From: Myxococcales bacterium
GTDB lineage: Bacteria > Myxococcota_A > UBA9042
Direction of reading: 5' to 3'
Assembly (NCBI GenBank): GCA_037441385.1
Contig: JBBISH010000005.1
Span: 45,392 to 109,391, forward strand
Length of the DNA: 64,000 bases
Part shown: positions 35,474 to 44,945 of the stretch, in pieces
Position numbering within the stretch: position 1 is the stretch's first letter
Layout: the number at the start of each line of letters is the position of its first letter
Program-made: the position numbers and the translations under genes
Notes under the pieces: model-generated
What the model saw: the letters and a program-made list of their open reading frames with translations, nothing else
Told to the model about the DNA's origin: nothing
The model's database searches: none

Positions 35474-38400
35474 TTGGCCGAAAAGTCCACGATCGCAGGA
35501 CGGAAGTCGTTGGTGCGTCGCAGGTTGCGTCGTGCGGGCCAGTTGGCCTACTTGGCGACCATTCAGGCGACGGTGGGCTTGGTGTGGCTGCTGCTGGGCG
35601 TGTACTTGACCGTCAACTCGCCCTCGACCGCGGCCGTTGCCAGCCGGGTGGTCAGCGAGATTCTGCCAGGATCCCTGCGGGTCCAGTACTTGCACGTGGG
35701 CCCGGTTCTGGGCGACGGCGAACTGCGGGTGCGGCTGCAAGCGCGCGGGCTCGAGCTGCGCGAGCCGGGCGGCGACGTCCTGCTCGGCGCGGCGCGGGCC
35801 GAGGTCGATCTGGCCCCGGCACGGCTGATCGATGGACTGCAGGCTGGTGCGCTGCGCCTCACCTTGCCACGGGTGGTTCTGGACCAGCCTCTGTTGCAGC
35901 TGGACGTCGACAAGCTTGGGCGACTGCGCCTGAATTCCATCTTCGTTGACCCCGCTGAACCGCCCAAACCAGACCCCAAGCCGTTGCCCGTGTACGTGCG
36001 CCTGGGCAAGACCGAGGTCAACGATGGGCGCTATGTCATGGACTTGCCTGCCATGAGCATCGACAGTCACGGGCTGTGGTTCACCAGCCCTGGTTCGGCC
36101 GTGACCATCGAGCCCGGCCGCCCGGAACCGGTGGATGTGCAGTTCGATGCCCGCAATATCGTGGTGGCGTATGCCCAGACCAGTCTGGACTCGATGCGGC
36201 GTCTGCCGGCCATTCCGGCCGGATCGCTGCAGGCCGAGTCAGCCGTGGGCGACCTGCGCGAGATGGTCGTGTCTGGCGTGAGTTGCCAGATGCCGCCGGC
36301 CACGCTCGCCGAACCGCTGCAAGAGCCAATCACGTCGCTGTCCAAGTCGCGGATCCTGGTGCAGTTGCAGCCCGAGATCCTGGTCCACGGCGACCGCTTG
36401 CTGCTCAGCACCTCGAGCAAGTCGACCTTCATGCGCGACATGCTCGGCCAGCTATTTGCTGCGCAAGCCCAGGCCAGCGGGCAGTTCCACTGGGACGCCA
36501 AAGTCGGGTTCTGGACCGAAGGGCACGTGATGGGGCGCGGTTTGATGTCGGGCTTTCACGGCGAGGCCGTGCGCGGCGACGTGCGCGTAGAGACGGGGCC
36601 GCCGGGCGACTCGTTGGTGCGGGTGATCACACGGAACTTGGACGTGGCGGCCTACGGCGGCTTCATCCATTCGGACCGGGTCGACTATCGCATGGACCTG
36701 GAGCGGCCCGAACACGTGACGATGGGGGCGTTTTCCATCCGCCATGTGCGCGGCGATGCGCCGCTGCTCGACGACGCCATCAAGCTGACCGGGATCACGC
36801 CGCTGCTGGCCAGCGGAACCATTACGGGGACTTTGGGTACCTACACGCGCACCCATCTGCCCGCGGGCAAGCCGCTGGACCTCGACGTGGCCCTGGACGC
36901 CGATCTAGACCTAGTGCGCGACACGCCGGTCAAGATGATCGCCCAGAAATTGCCACGGGTTCTTTGGCGGGGCGGCCTGCGCTACGCCATGGGGCCCGAC
37001 ATCGGCATTCGCGTCGATTTTGCCGATTCGGAGCTGGTCACCGAGGACGCCCACGTGGACGGCAGTCGCACTGCCGCGCTGCGCTGCGACGGCCGGCTAG
37101 ACTTGAGCGGCGACACTACCGACCTGCGCGCCGACCTGCATCTGCCCCGCCTTGAGGACTGGCTGGCTCCCCTGGGGATCGCCGACGTGGCCGGCAGTCT
37201 GCGCTTAGAGGGCGGCCACTTGCGCGGTGCGCTCTTGAAACCCGGCGTGTTGGGTAGGGTGCTGGTCGAGGACTTTGCCGCCTATGGCTACCACGTTCGC
37301 CGTGGCGCGGCGCAACTCAGCCTCCACGGCGGCGAGGTCGCCCTGGAGGGGCTGAGGGCCAGCACGGATGTGGGCGAAGTCAGCGGCGATCTGCGCATGG
37401 GCCTTTTTGGCAGCAATCTGACCGAGATGGCCGCCCAGCGACCGCTCCACATCGATCGCCTGAGTGTGCGTCAGATCGACTTGGGCAAACTGTTGGGGCG
37501 CTTCAGGATTGCTGGAATCACCGGGCAGGGCGACTTGAGTGGCGGCCAGCTCACCGCCGACCTGGTGCGCTTCATGCCCAGTTTGCGTTTCAGCGGCGAC
37601 ATGACCGTTCAGGGCGTGCACGCCTACGGCGAGTGGTTCGACCGCGGCGGCGCGCACATCGACCAGCACGGCCTCGTCACGCTGTTCACCAACTCGTGGT
37701 TGCGTCTGCGCGGCAGCCGGACCGACGGCGGCGCCGACATCACCGCCTCGGGGCGCTTTGACCTGGCGACGATGCGCCTGGACACCGACGTGCGTCTGCC
37801 CGAGACGCCCTTCAAGCAGTTCTCGTGGCTAGAGAAATTGCCCATGCCTGGCACGGTGGCGGCGGCGATCAAGCTCACCGGCGACGGCAAGACCATGACC
37901 TTGTCGGGGGGAGTCGACATCAAGGACTTAGGGTGGGACGCCATTTCGCTGGGTTCTGCGCACCTCGACCTGGAGAAGACGGCCACCGGGCCGTTGGTCC
38001 TCCGCAGCGACAACTTCTTTGAGTCGTTCAAGCTTCTGGCTGGCAGCGAGGTGCGTTTTGCCGGCTGGATGCCCACCACATCGACCTTGCGCATCGGCAC
38101 CGACGCCCCAGTGGATCCCTTCGAGCGGCTGGGGATGCCGCGGCCGCAGGGCATTTCTGTTCGCGTCGAGGGCGAGACCGCCGTCGACATGTCGCTGCAG
38201 AACAACCACTTTGACTGGCACGTCGAGACCATTGTGCCGCCGGCCGGGCTTTGGGTCGACCCAGGCGGCGGGGCGCGGCCGATTCGCAACACCAAGGCGG
38301 CCGTCATCGGCGTTTCGGCCGACAAGATCACCTTGGGCGGCACCTACTTTGAGCTCAACCGCAGCGGCGTCGAGGTCTGCGGCGAGTGGCGCTATCCGCA

Positions 38401-39955
38401 CGACGACGAGCCGGCCAATCTGCTCGCGTTCGTCGCGGGGACGTTTGATATCCAGCGCTTTGGCGCGCTGAGCCAGAGCCTCTCGGACCTGGACTTGCGG
38501 GTGAACGTGCTCCGCGACCCAGCGGTGGCGGCCGATGCGCGCGCGACCTGCCTGGAAGCGGCCATGGCCGGCGGCGGCATGATGCGCGTCGAGGGGCCGC
38601 CCGATCGGCTGCGGGTGCAGGCCTTGCTCGAGACCGAAGCAGGTCGCGTTGCGCTGCGCCGTTTTGGTCACGACATCACGCTGCAAGACGGTGCGCGCCT
38701 GCAAATTGCCACCAGCGCCCGCGGGGTGATGACTGTGGCGATTCCCATTGACCACGAACTCAAGGGCCAGGTCGACGACGGCCACTTTACGCTGTCGGGC
38801 CACGCCTCGCTGGTGGATATGCAGCTCGACTCGGCCTATGCGCGTCTGTGGGCCGGCGACATCCCCTACGCCGCGCCCAAGGAATACCAGATGCTGATCT
38901 CGCCCGATCTGGTGCTGAGCGGCAGCCGCTTGCGCGATCCGGCCAGCCGCGATCTGCGCCTGACCGGCGACGTGCACATTGGCGAAGGCAGCTACTACCG
39001 CAGCTTTGACCAGATTTCGAGCGTCTTGGGCAACGCGGGCGACCGCAAGGTCGAGACGTACAGCAAGCCCATCACCGAGACCATGCCGTGGCTCGCCGAA
39101 CTGGGCCTGGACCTGAAGGTGCACGGCAAGAATTTTGAAATCGCCAGCCGCGTGCCGGGCGGCAAGACCGACCTGGTCACCGAATTCGACCTGCGCGTGT
39201 CGGGCAACCTGAGCAACCTGCAGGTGCACGACCGCTTGCGCGTCGTCGAAGGTTCGGGCAGCCAGATCAGCGCCTCGCTCAATAATCTGATTTTCGAGGT
39301 CGTTTCCGGCACGCTCGACTTCAACGGCGACGCCACCAAGCCCTACTTGGAGGCCATGGCGCGCACCGATATCCCGGTGCGGGCCGGCACGCGCACCGGT
39401 ACTCTCGCCTCGACCTTGGGTACCGATCTGACCACGGACACTAATCAACTTGACGAAATCGTTCAGGTGTTTGTGCAGGTCAAGGGCGTGTTTGGCGACC
39501 GCCGCAACTTCACCGTACACCTGACCAGCAACAAAGGCGACACCGAGACCGACTGCATGTGCCTCATCGCCGCGCGCCGGCGCTGCAACGACCAGGGCGG
39601 CGGCGGCACCCGCCTGACCACCGACTTCTTCTTTGGCGAGGCGCTGAACACGGTGGTTACCGGGCTGCTGAAGTCGGTCGTCGACACCGTGCAGATCGAT
39701 TTTGACCCCGTGAACTTGGGTGTGTCGGCCGACGTGACCAAGAAGTTGGGCAAGTCGATCGCCTTGGGTACCCGCGTGCAGACCGGCAAAGAGAACCGCT
39801 ACAACGCCAACTTCTCGTTCCGCATCACCGATCGCCTGTCGCTCAACGGCCTGTGGCGGCGGCAGAAGCTGCTGGACTCGTCGAGCAGCCAAGAAACCAG
39901 TGTCGATGTGTACGAGAGCAAACTGCGGTACAAGGTACCGCTGAGCGACGAGTAG
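35474..39955 (+). CDS. TamB/AsmA-like (DUF490) translocation and assembly protein
   Basis: N-terminal TM anchor followed by ~1400 aa of beta-taco-like sequence; C-terminal GTLDFNGD..PYL; next to an Omp85 gene. Confidence 0.78.
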   Translation: MAEKSTIAGRKSLVRRRLRRAGQLAYLATIQATVGLVWLLLGVYLTVNSPSTAAVASRVVSEILPGSLRVQYLHVGPVLGDGELRVRLQARGLELREPGGDVLLGAARAEVDLAPARLIDGLQAGALRLTLPRVVLDQPLLQLDVDKLGRLRLNSIFVDPAEPPKPDPKPLPVYVRLGKTEVNDGRYVMDLPAMSIDSHGLWFTSPGSAVTIEPGRPEPVDVQFDARNIVVAYAQTSLDSMRRLPAIPAGSLQAESAVGDLREMVVSGVSCQMPPATLAEPLQEPITSLSKSRILVQLQPEILVHGDRLLLSTSSKSTFMRDMLGQLFAAQAQASGQFHWDAKVGFWTEGHVMGRGLMSGFHGEAVRGDVRVETGPPGDSLVRVITRNLDVAAYGGFIHSDRVDYRMDLERPEHVTMGAFSIRHVRGDAPLLDDAIKLTGITPLLASGTITGTLGTYTRTHLPAGKPLDLDVALDADLDLVRDTPVKMIAQKLPRVLWRGGLRYAMGPDIGIRVDFADSELVTEDAHVDGSRTAALRCDGRLDLSGDTTDLRADLHLPRLEDWLAPLGIADVAGSLRLEGGHLRGALLKPGVLGRVLVEDFAAYGYHVRRGAAQLSLHGGEVALEGLRASTDVGEVSGDLRMGLFGSNLTEMAAQRPLHIDRLSVRQIDLGKLLGRFRIAGITGQGDLSGGQLTADLVRFMPSLRFSGDMTVQGVHAYGEWFDRGGAHIDQHGLVTLFTNSWLRLRGSRTDGGADITASGRFDLATMRLDTDVRLPETPFKQFSWLEKLPMPGTVAAAIKLTGDGKTMTLSGGVDIKDLGWDAISLGSAHLDLEKTATGPLVLRSDNFFESFKLLAGSEVRFAGWMPTTSTLRIGTDAPVDPFERLGMPRPQGISVRVEGETAVDMSLQNNHFDWHVETIVPPAGLWVDPGGGARPIRNTKAAVIGVSADKITLGGTYFELNRSGVEVCGEWRYPHDDEPANLLAFVAGTFDIQRFGALSQSLSDLDLRVNVLRDPAVAADARATCLEAAMAGGGMMRVEGPPDRLRVQALLETEAGRVALRRFGHDITLQDGARLQIATSARGVMTVAIPIDHELKGQVDDGHFTLSGHASLVDMQLDSAYARLWAGDIPYAAPKEYQMLISPDLVLSGSRLRDPASRDLRLTGDVHIGEGSYYRSFDQISSVLGNAGDRKVETYSKPITETMPWLAELGLDLKVHGKNFEIASRVPGGKTDLVTEFDLRVSGNLSNLQVHDRLRVVEGSGSQISASLNNLIFEVVSGTLDFNGDATKPYLEAMARTDIPVRAGTRTGTLASTLGTDLTTDTNQLDEIVQVFVQVKGVFGDRRNFTVHLTSNKGDTETDCMCLIAARRRCNDQGGGGTRLTTDFFFGEALNTVVTGLLKSVVDTVQIDFDPVNLGVSADVTKKLGKSIALGTRVQTGKENRYNANFSFRITDRLSLNGLWRRQKLLDSSSSQETSVDVYESKLRYKVPLSDE

Positions 39956-39970
39956 GAGCCGCCCGCCGCA

Positions 39971-42900
39971 ATGCAGTACCCCGACCTCAGCTTGCGCGTG
40001 ACGCCGTCCCCGTGGCGGCGCGCGCTGCTTTGGGTGTGGGCAACGCTCGCGCTGCTTCGGGTTTCCAGTGCGTCGGCCGACGATGCGCTGTTGCCGACAG
40101 CCGCGACCGCGGTGGCGGCCCCCGCAGAGGCCACGGCCGCGACCCTCCCCGGCGGGCTGGTGGGGGCGCGCCTGCTGTTTGGCGACAGTGGGGTCAACGC
40201 CTCGGACAAAGTCTGCTTGGGCTTGACCATTGCCGAAGTGCGCTTGGACGGCTGCGCCGCCACCCCGTGTGAACCGCCCGACGTCCACGCCGAAGTGCTG
40301 CGCCTGTTGGACCTTGCGCCAGGGCGTGGATTGCAGCCTGGGCAATTGCAGAAAGCGTACGAGCGGTTGCTGCGCCTGGGCTACGTCAAGTCGGCCAGCG
40401 TCCAGTGCCGGCGCGACCCCGACGGTCGCTCGACGATCCGCTGGAAAGTGGTGGGCAGCACGCTGGTACGCGGCATTGACATCGTGGGCAACAGCGCCAT
40501 GTTCCAGGACGAAGTGCGCGCCAAGCTGCAGATCCAAACCGGCGACGTGCTCAACCTGGACACGGTCGACGGCAAAAAGCAGTTGGAAGCTCAGAAAGAG
40601 GCAATCGAGTCGCTGTACCGGCGCAATGGGTTCTTGGACGCCAAGGTGCGGCTGCGCACGGTCCCGGCCGGTCCCGGGCTGCTGCGCATCGTGGTCGACA
40701 TCGACGAAGGCGAGCGCAAGCGCATCACGCAAACGCACATTCAGCTTCAGGATTCGCCGCTGCCGACCGAGGTAGAAGAGCGCCACGGGCTGCTGTGTCC
40801 GCGCATCGGCGAGCGGGCGCTGCGCCAGGCCGCCGACACCTCGACCATGGAAGTGTTCAGCCAGCGCGAGGCCAACCGCATCCGCTCGCGCGTGCGGACC
40901 TATTTGCGCAAGCTGGGGTACGGCAACCCGCGGGTCGACGTGCTGCACGACCCGCTGGACCAGGCGGTGCGCATCGACGTGCGGCCGGGCAAGTGCGCGC
41001 TGGTGCAGATTTGGCTGCGCGACGACGCGGGCGGCGGCAAAGCTGGCTTCGTCCTGAGTGAAGACCAGAGCCTGTACGACGCGCTGCCGTTTGGCGATAG
41101 CGGTCAATTCGACTTTGAAGAGGGGGAGCGCGGGCGGCTGGATTTGCTGGCCCTGCTGGAGAATCGCGGCTATCTGTTTGCCGATGTTCGCCTGGATTTT
41201 CGGCCAGTTCCGGCGCGTCTGTCGGCACAAGTGACGGCGGCGGTCAGCTACTACGTGACCACGGGCTATGTGTCGCAAGTGCGCGGAATCTTCTTCCACG
41301 CCCAAGATCGCCCCCGCAACCCCTTGATAAGCGACGACAAGCTGCGGTCGGTGCTGACCAGCAAGGCCTACGACTTCTTTGACGCGGGCGGCTACCTGCA
41401 GGCCGACCAACTGCTGGCCGACCTGGACGCCCTGCGCCAGTACTATTTGGACAACGGTTTCTTTCAGTTCCACTACGCCGTCACCCTGCCCGAGGGCGTG
41501 ACCCCGAGCAACTTGAACCGGCGCCAGCGCGTGGAGCACATGAACGAGAGCGAGTTCATCTACCGCTACGAAAACAAGGGCTTCCGTGTGCGGCGCCCAG
41601 TGGGCGAGAACTTCATCTACATCGACATCGACTACCACGAGGGCGAGCGCACCCGCCTGCGCACGCTGGCCATCGAAGGTGCCAACCAAGTGACCTCGAA
41701 CGATTTGCGGCGGTTGATGACCATGCGCCAGGGCGACGTGGTCAGCTACTCGGTGTTGGACGAGGCCATGCGCGCCGTGGAGCAACGCTACCGCAACAAC
41801 GGCTTTTTCCGTACCCAGATCAAGGCGTTGTGTGCCTCTGTGGAGCCCAATCGCGACGAGGCGGTCTGCGCGCCTAGCACTATGTTGGCCCGCTTTGTCG
41901 ATGTGCGCCTGGTCATCGAAGAGGGCGAGCGCGTCGATTTTGGCGAGTCGTTCGTGGTGGGCAATTTCATCACCGACCGCGCGGTGATTCTGCGCGACAT
42001 GCCGCCGTACGGCGGGCCGTACTCGGCGGCGGCGGTGTTCGAGACGCAACGCAAGCTTCGAAACCTCGGCTTGTTTTCCCAGGTGTCGGTGTCGTCGATC
42101 GGCGACGAAGAGAAGCCGCCGCGCGACCACTTGGCCACCTTGGTCAACGTGGTCGAGGGGCAGAACCGCTACTGGGAAGCGTCGCTTGGCTTTCAGACCA
42201 TCAACACGGCGCGCTCGCCCTACGAGCAAGAAACCGTGCAGACGCTCAAGGATTTCATCGACCGCACCACCACCGCTTCCGACCGCCTGACCACCGGCTT
42301 TGGTATTGCCCAGAACCTGACCTTGCCCAACCTATTGGCCACCGGCGAAGCGGCCTACGTCAATCGTAATTTCTTGCGGTCGGGCAAACTGCTCAAACTG
42401 TCGGCCAAGCTGGGGGCCGCGGTGCCGCCCGACTACGCGGGCGTGCCCTACGAGGGCACTGCGGAATGCAAGACCTTGCTCGCCAAGGCGAAAACCTGCG
42501 CGCCGTGGTACCAAGCCAGCGGCTCGTCTGCCCGCCAGACGCCGCCGTGGTATTCCGACACGCTGCGCTATGCCGCGATCCTGCCCACTTATCAAGACAG
42601 CCGGCTGCTTGGCTCGGAGTTCGGCCTGCGGGTGGTGCTGCCGTACCTGATTCACGACTATGCCATCGGCCCCATCGACGTGGACAAGGCCGGCGCGTTG
42701 CTTGAAGTTACCCGGCGTTTTGGCAAGTTGGCGGCCTCGATTGCGACGGATGCGGGCTACATCCGCACGCGCCTGCCCGAAGCACGTAACCTGGATTTTG
42801 CCGAGTCGCCCGAGCCGCAACTGAGCTTGATTCCGTCCTTTTCCTTTGCCGGCAAAGTCGTTACCGGCTTCCCGCGCCGCGGTTTTTCGCTCGCGTTCAG

Positions 42901-43576
42901 CTTGCCGTACATCAATGCCAGCGTAAAACAGAACGAAGTCAAGACGGTGTACGTGCCGGCCAACTTCATCAAGTGGGAACTGAGCGCGCGCTCGTACGTG
43001 CCGCTGGGCGACTCGATGGTGCTCGCGATCCTGCTGCACGGCGGCGCGGGCCGATCGCTGGGTGCGACCACCGGGCAAACCCTGCCGCAATTCGCGCGCT
43101 TCCGCCTGGGCGGCCAGTACTCGCAGTCGCTGCTGCGCGGTTACGCGGACTTTGGGGTGCGCCAATACGACTCGAGCGGTTGCACGTTGGTGCAGGATCA
43201 GTCCGGCAAGACCAAGGCTTGCAACGCGCCGTTGGCGGCGGGCGACAAGGTCTTGGGCGACGGCGACGTGGTAGCCAACGGCTCGGCTGAACTGCGGTTC
43301 CCCATCATGGCCGCGCTGGGCCTGTGGGGTGCAACATTCTGGGATTTTGGCGGAATTTCGGAGACGTGGAGCGGCCTGCATTCGGCCTCGCTCCGCCACG
43401 GACTGGGCGTGGGCGTGCGCTGGATGCTGTCTGGGCAGATTCCAGTGCGCCTGGACTACGCGATTGCTCTTGGGGCCTCGCGCTGCCGCGACATCAAAAG
43501 CGATGTGGCCGGCAGCATTTCGTGCACCACCGACGAATTTGGTCAGTTCAACTTTGGCCTTCTGTACGCGTTCTGA
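39971..43576 (+). CDS. Omp85 (BamA/TamA) family outer-membrane protein with multiple POTRA domains
   Basis: POTRA signatures (LYRRNGF, LRNLGLFSQV); barrel motifs LRGY, AELRFP and GLGVRW..PVRLDYA; terminal FNFGLLYAF. Confidence 0.87.
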   Translation: MQYPDLSLRVTPSPWRRALLWVWATLALLRVSSASADDALLPTAATAVAAPAEATAATLPGGLVGARLLFGDSGVNASDKVCLGLTIAEVRLDGCAATPCEPPDVHAEVLRLLDLAPGRGLQPGQLQKAYERLLRLGYVKSASVQCRRDPDGRSTIRWKVVGSTLVRGIDIVGNSAMFQDEVRAKLQIQTGDVLNLDTVDGKKQLEAQKEAIESLYRRNGFLDAKVRLRTVPAGPGLLRIVVDIDEGERKRITQTHIQLQDSPLPTEVEERHGLLCPRIGERALRQAADTSTMEVFSQREANRIRSRVRTYLRKLGYGNPRVDVLHDPLDQAVRIDVRPGKCALVQIWLRDDAGGGKAGFVLSEDQSLYDALPFGDSGQFDFEEGERGRLDLLALLENRGYLFADVRLDFRPVPARLSAQVTAAVSYYVTTGYVSQVRGIFFHAQDRPRNPLISDDKLRSVLTSKAYDFFDAGGYLQADQLLADLDALRQYYLDNGFFQFHYAVTLPEGVTPSNLNRRQRVEHMNESEFIYRYENKGFRVRRPVGENFIYIDIDYHEGERTRLRTLAIEGANQVTSNDLRRLMTMRQGDVVSYSVLDEAMRAVEQRYRNNGFFRTQIKALCASVEPNRDEAVCAPSTMLARFVDVRLVIEEGERVDFGESFVVGNFITDRAVILRDMPPYGGPYSAAAVFETQRKLRNLGLFSQVSVSSIGDEEKPPRDHLATLVNVVEGQNRYWEASLGFQTINTARSPYEQETVQTLKDFIDRTTTASDRLTTGFGIAQNLTLPNLLATGEAAYVNRNFLRSGKLLKLSAKLGAAVPPDYAGVPYEGTAECKTLLAKAKTCAPWYQASGSSARQTPPWYSDTLRYAAILPTYQDSRLLGSEFGLRVVLPYLIHDYAIGPIDVDKAGALLEVTRRFGKLAASIATDAGYIRTRLPEARNLDFAESPEPQLSLIPSFSFAGKVVTGFPRRGFSLAFSLPYINASVKQNEVKTVYVPANFIKWELSARSYVPLGDSMVLAILLHGGAGRSLGATTGQTLPQFARFRLGGQYSQSLLRGYADFGVRQYDSSGCTLVQDQSGKTKACNAPLAAGDKVLGDGDVVANGSAELRFPIMAALGLWGATFWDFGGISETWSGLHSASLRHGLGVGVRWMLSGQIPVRLDYAIALGASRCRDIKSDVAGSISCTTDEFGQFNFGLLYAF

Positions 43577-43692
43577 CGCGACCCTGACGGCGTGGCCAAC
43601 CGGTGGCAGAAGCCGCCGCGCCCAGCTTGACCGTCTGCCGCCTCGGGCGTACCGTCGCTGTGTCGCCCACTACTTGCCTGTTGCCGGAGCGC

Positions 43693-44487
43693 ATGCCGTC
43701 GCGACTTTCCAGTTACCACCGCCCACAGTCGCCTGAACATGCTGTGGAATTGCTTGCCAACCTTGCCGGATCGGCTGTGATCGGCGGGGCGACGCTGGCC
43801 CTGGGCCGGCTTTGGGGCGAGCGGCCGCAGCATGTGATCGACTTGTGCGACGCCGGTTTGGACCGTATTTGCTGGCAGGGCCATCGCCTGCGCATCGGTG
43901 CCACCGCGAACATGGCGCAAATCCGCGCCCATCCCGACCTGCTGGCACCGGGATTTGCGGCGATCGCCGACATGGCGAGCCATTTCCAGCCGGCCCCCAT
44001 CGCCGCGCAGGCCACCTTGGGCGGCAACCTGTGCACCGGCGTGGGTTCGCTGGTTGCGCCGCTGCTGCTGTACGAGGCCCAAGCGGTGCTGCTGGGGCCC
44101 GAGGGCGAGCGCCACGCGCCGATTGCGCCCCTTAGGTTGCATCCCGGCGAAATTATTCTAGGCGTCGACGTGGACCCCACCTCGCCGCTCTCGCGTTCGG
44201 GCAGCCTTACCTTGCGGCGCACCCCCGTCGGGCCGGCGCAAGTCGTGCTGTCTGCGCTGCGCGACGGCGAATTGCTGCGCCTGGCCGTGGCGGGTCTGGA
44301 AGTGCCCGCGCGGCGGCTGCGCGATTTAGAGGGGCGCTGGGATCGCCAGTCCGTCGCCGAGTGGGCCTTGAAAATCGCCCATGCCGTGCGGCCGATCGAC
44401 GACGCCCGCGGCTCGGCCGAATACAGGCGGGCGATGGTGGGTGTATTGGCTGGGCGGTTGCTGACCGGCCTGGGCGAGGTGCATTGA
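43693..44487 (+). CDS. Molybdenum hydroxylase FAD-binding (medium) subunit, CoxM/XdhB-like
   Basis: YHRP, LRIGA, ATLGGNL and DDARGSAEYRR. Confidence 0.85.
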   Translation: MPSRLSSYHRPQSPEHAVELLANLAGSAVIGGATLALGRLWGERPQHVIDLCDAGLDRICWQGHRLRIGATANMAQIRAHPDLLAPGFAAIADMASHFQPAPIAAQATLGGNLCTGVGSLVAPLLLYEAQAVLLGPEGERHAPIAPLRLHPGEIILGVDVDPTSPLSRSGSLTLRRTPVGPAQVVLSALRDGELLRLAVAGLEVPARRLRDLEGRWDRQSVAEWALKIAHAVRPIDDARGSAEYRRAMVGVLAGRLLTGLGEVH

Positions 44488-44945
44488 TGCACTGGTACGC
44501 GACCGTGGATGGGCACCGGCGCGAGTGCGAGCTGCCCGGCAACGCTACGCTGGCTGAAGCTCTGCGGGGCGGCGTGCAGGCCACCTCCGTCAAAGTCGCT
44601 TGTGGCGAGGGGACTTGCGGTGCCTGCAGTGTCTTGGTGCGCGGCGAGCGTGTGCACGGCTGCGTCTACCCGGCGTTTCGCGCTTTGGGCCAAGACGTTC
44701 AGACGGCGGCCACTTTTGCCGATGGGCCGGTGGCGCGCGCACTGGCCGAAGCCGGCGGGATTCAATGCGGTTTTTGCACGCCCGGCATGGTCGTCACCGT
44801 GCACAGCCTGGCCAAGGACGTGCCAGCCACAGAGGCCGATTTGCGCGCCGCTCTGGGCGGCAATTTGTGTCGCTGTACCGGCTATTCCGCCTTGGTCAAG
44901 GGCGCCGTCGCCGGCTTGCAGCGTTTGCGGGCGGGTGAGCCGTGA
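44487..44945 (+). CDS. Molybdenum hydroxylase [2Fe-2S] (small) subunit, CoxS-like
   Basis: CGEGTCGACSV..C, QCGFCTPG and GNLCRCTGY. Confidence 0.92.
   Translation: MHWYATVDGHRRECELPGNATLAEALRGGVQATSVKVACGEGTCGACSVLVRGERVHGCVYPAFRALGQDVQTAATFADGPVARALAEAGGIQCGFCTPGMVVTVHSLAKDVPATEADLRAALGGNLCRCTGYSALVKGAVAGLQRLRAGEP

Noticed and set aside
37928..42229. Very long antisense ORFs (1433 aa here; also 2277-4958, 22222-24636, 20479-22128 and others)
   Set aside because: They are shadows of real genes with strong GC3 bias on the opposite strand and carry no protein motifs.
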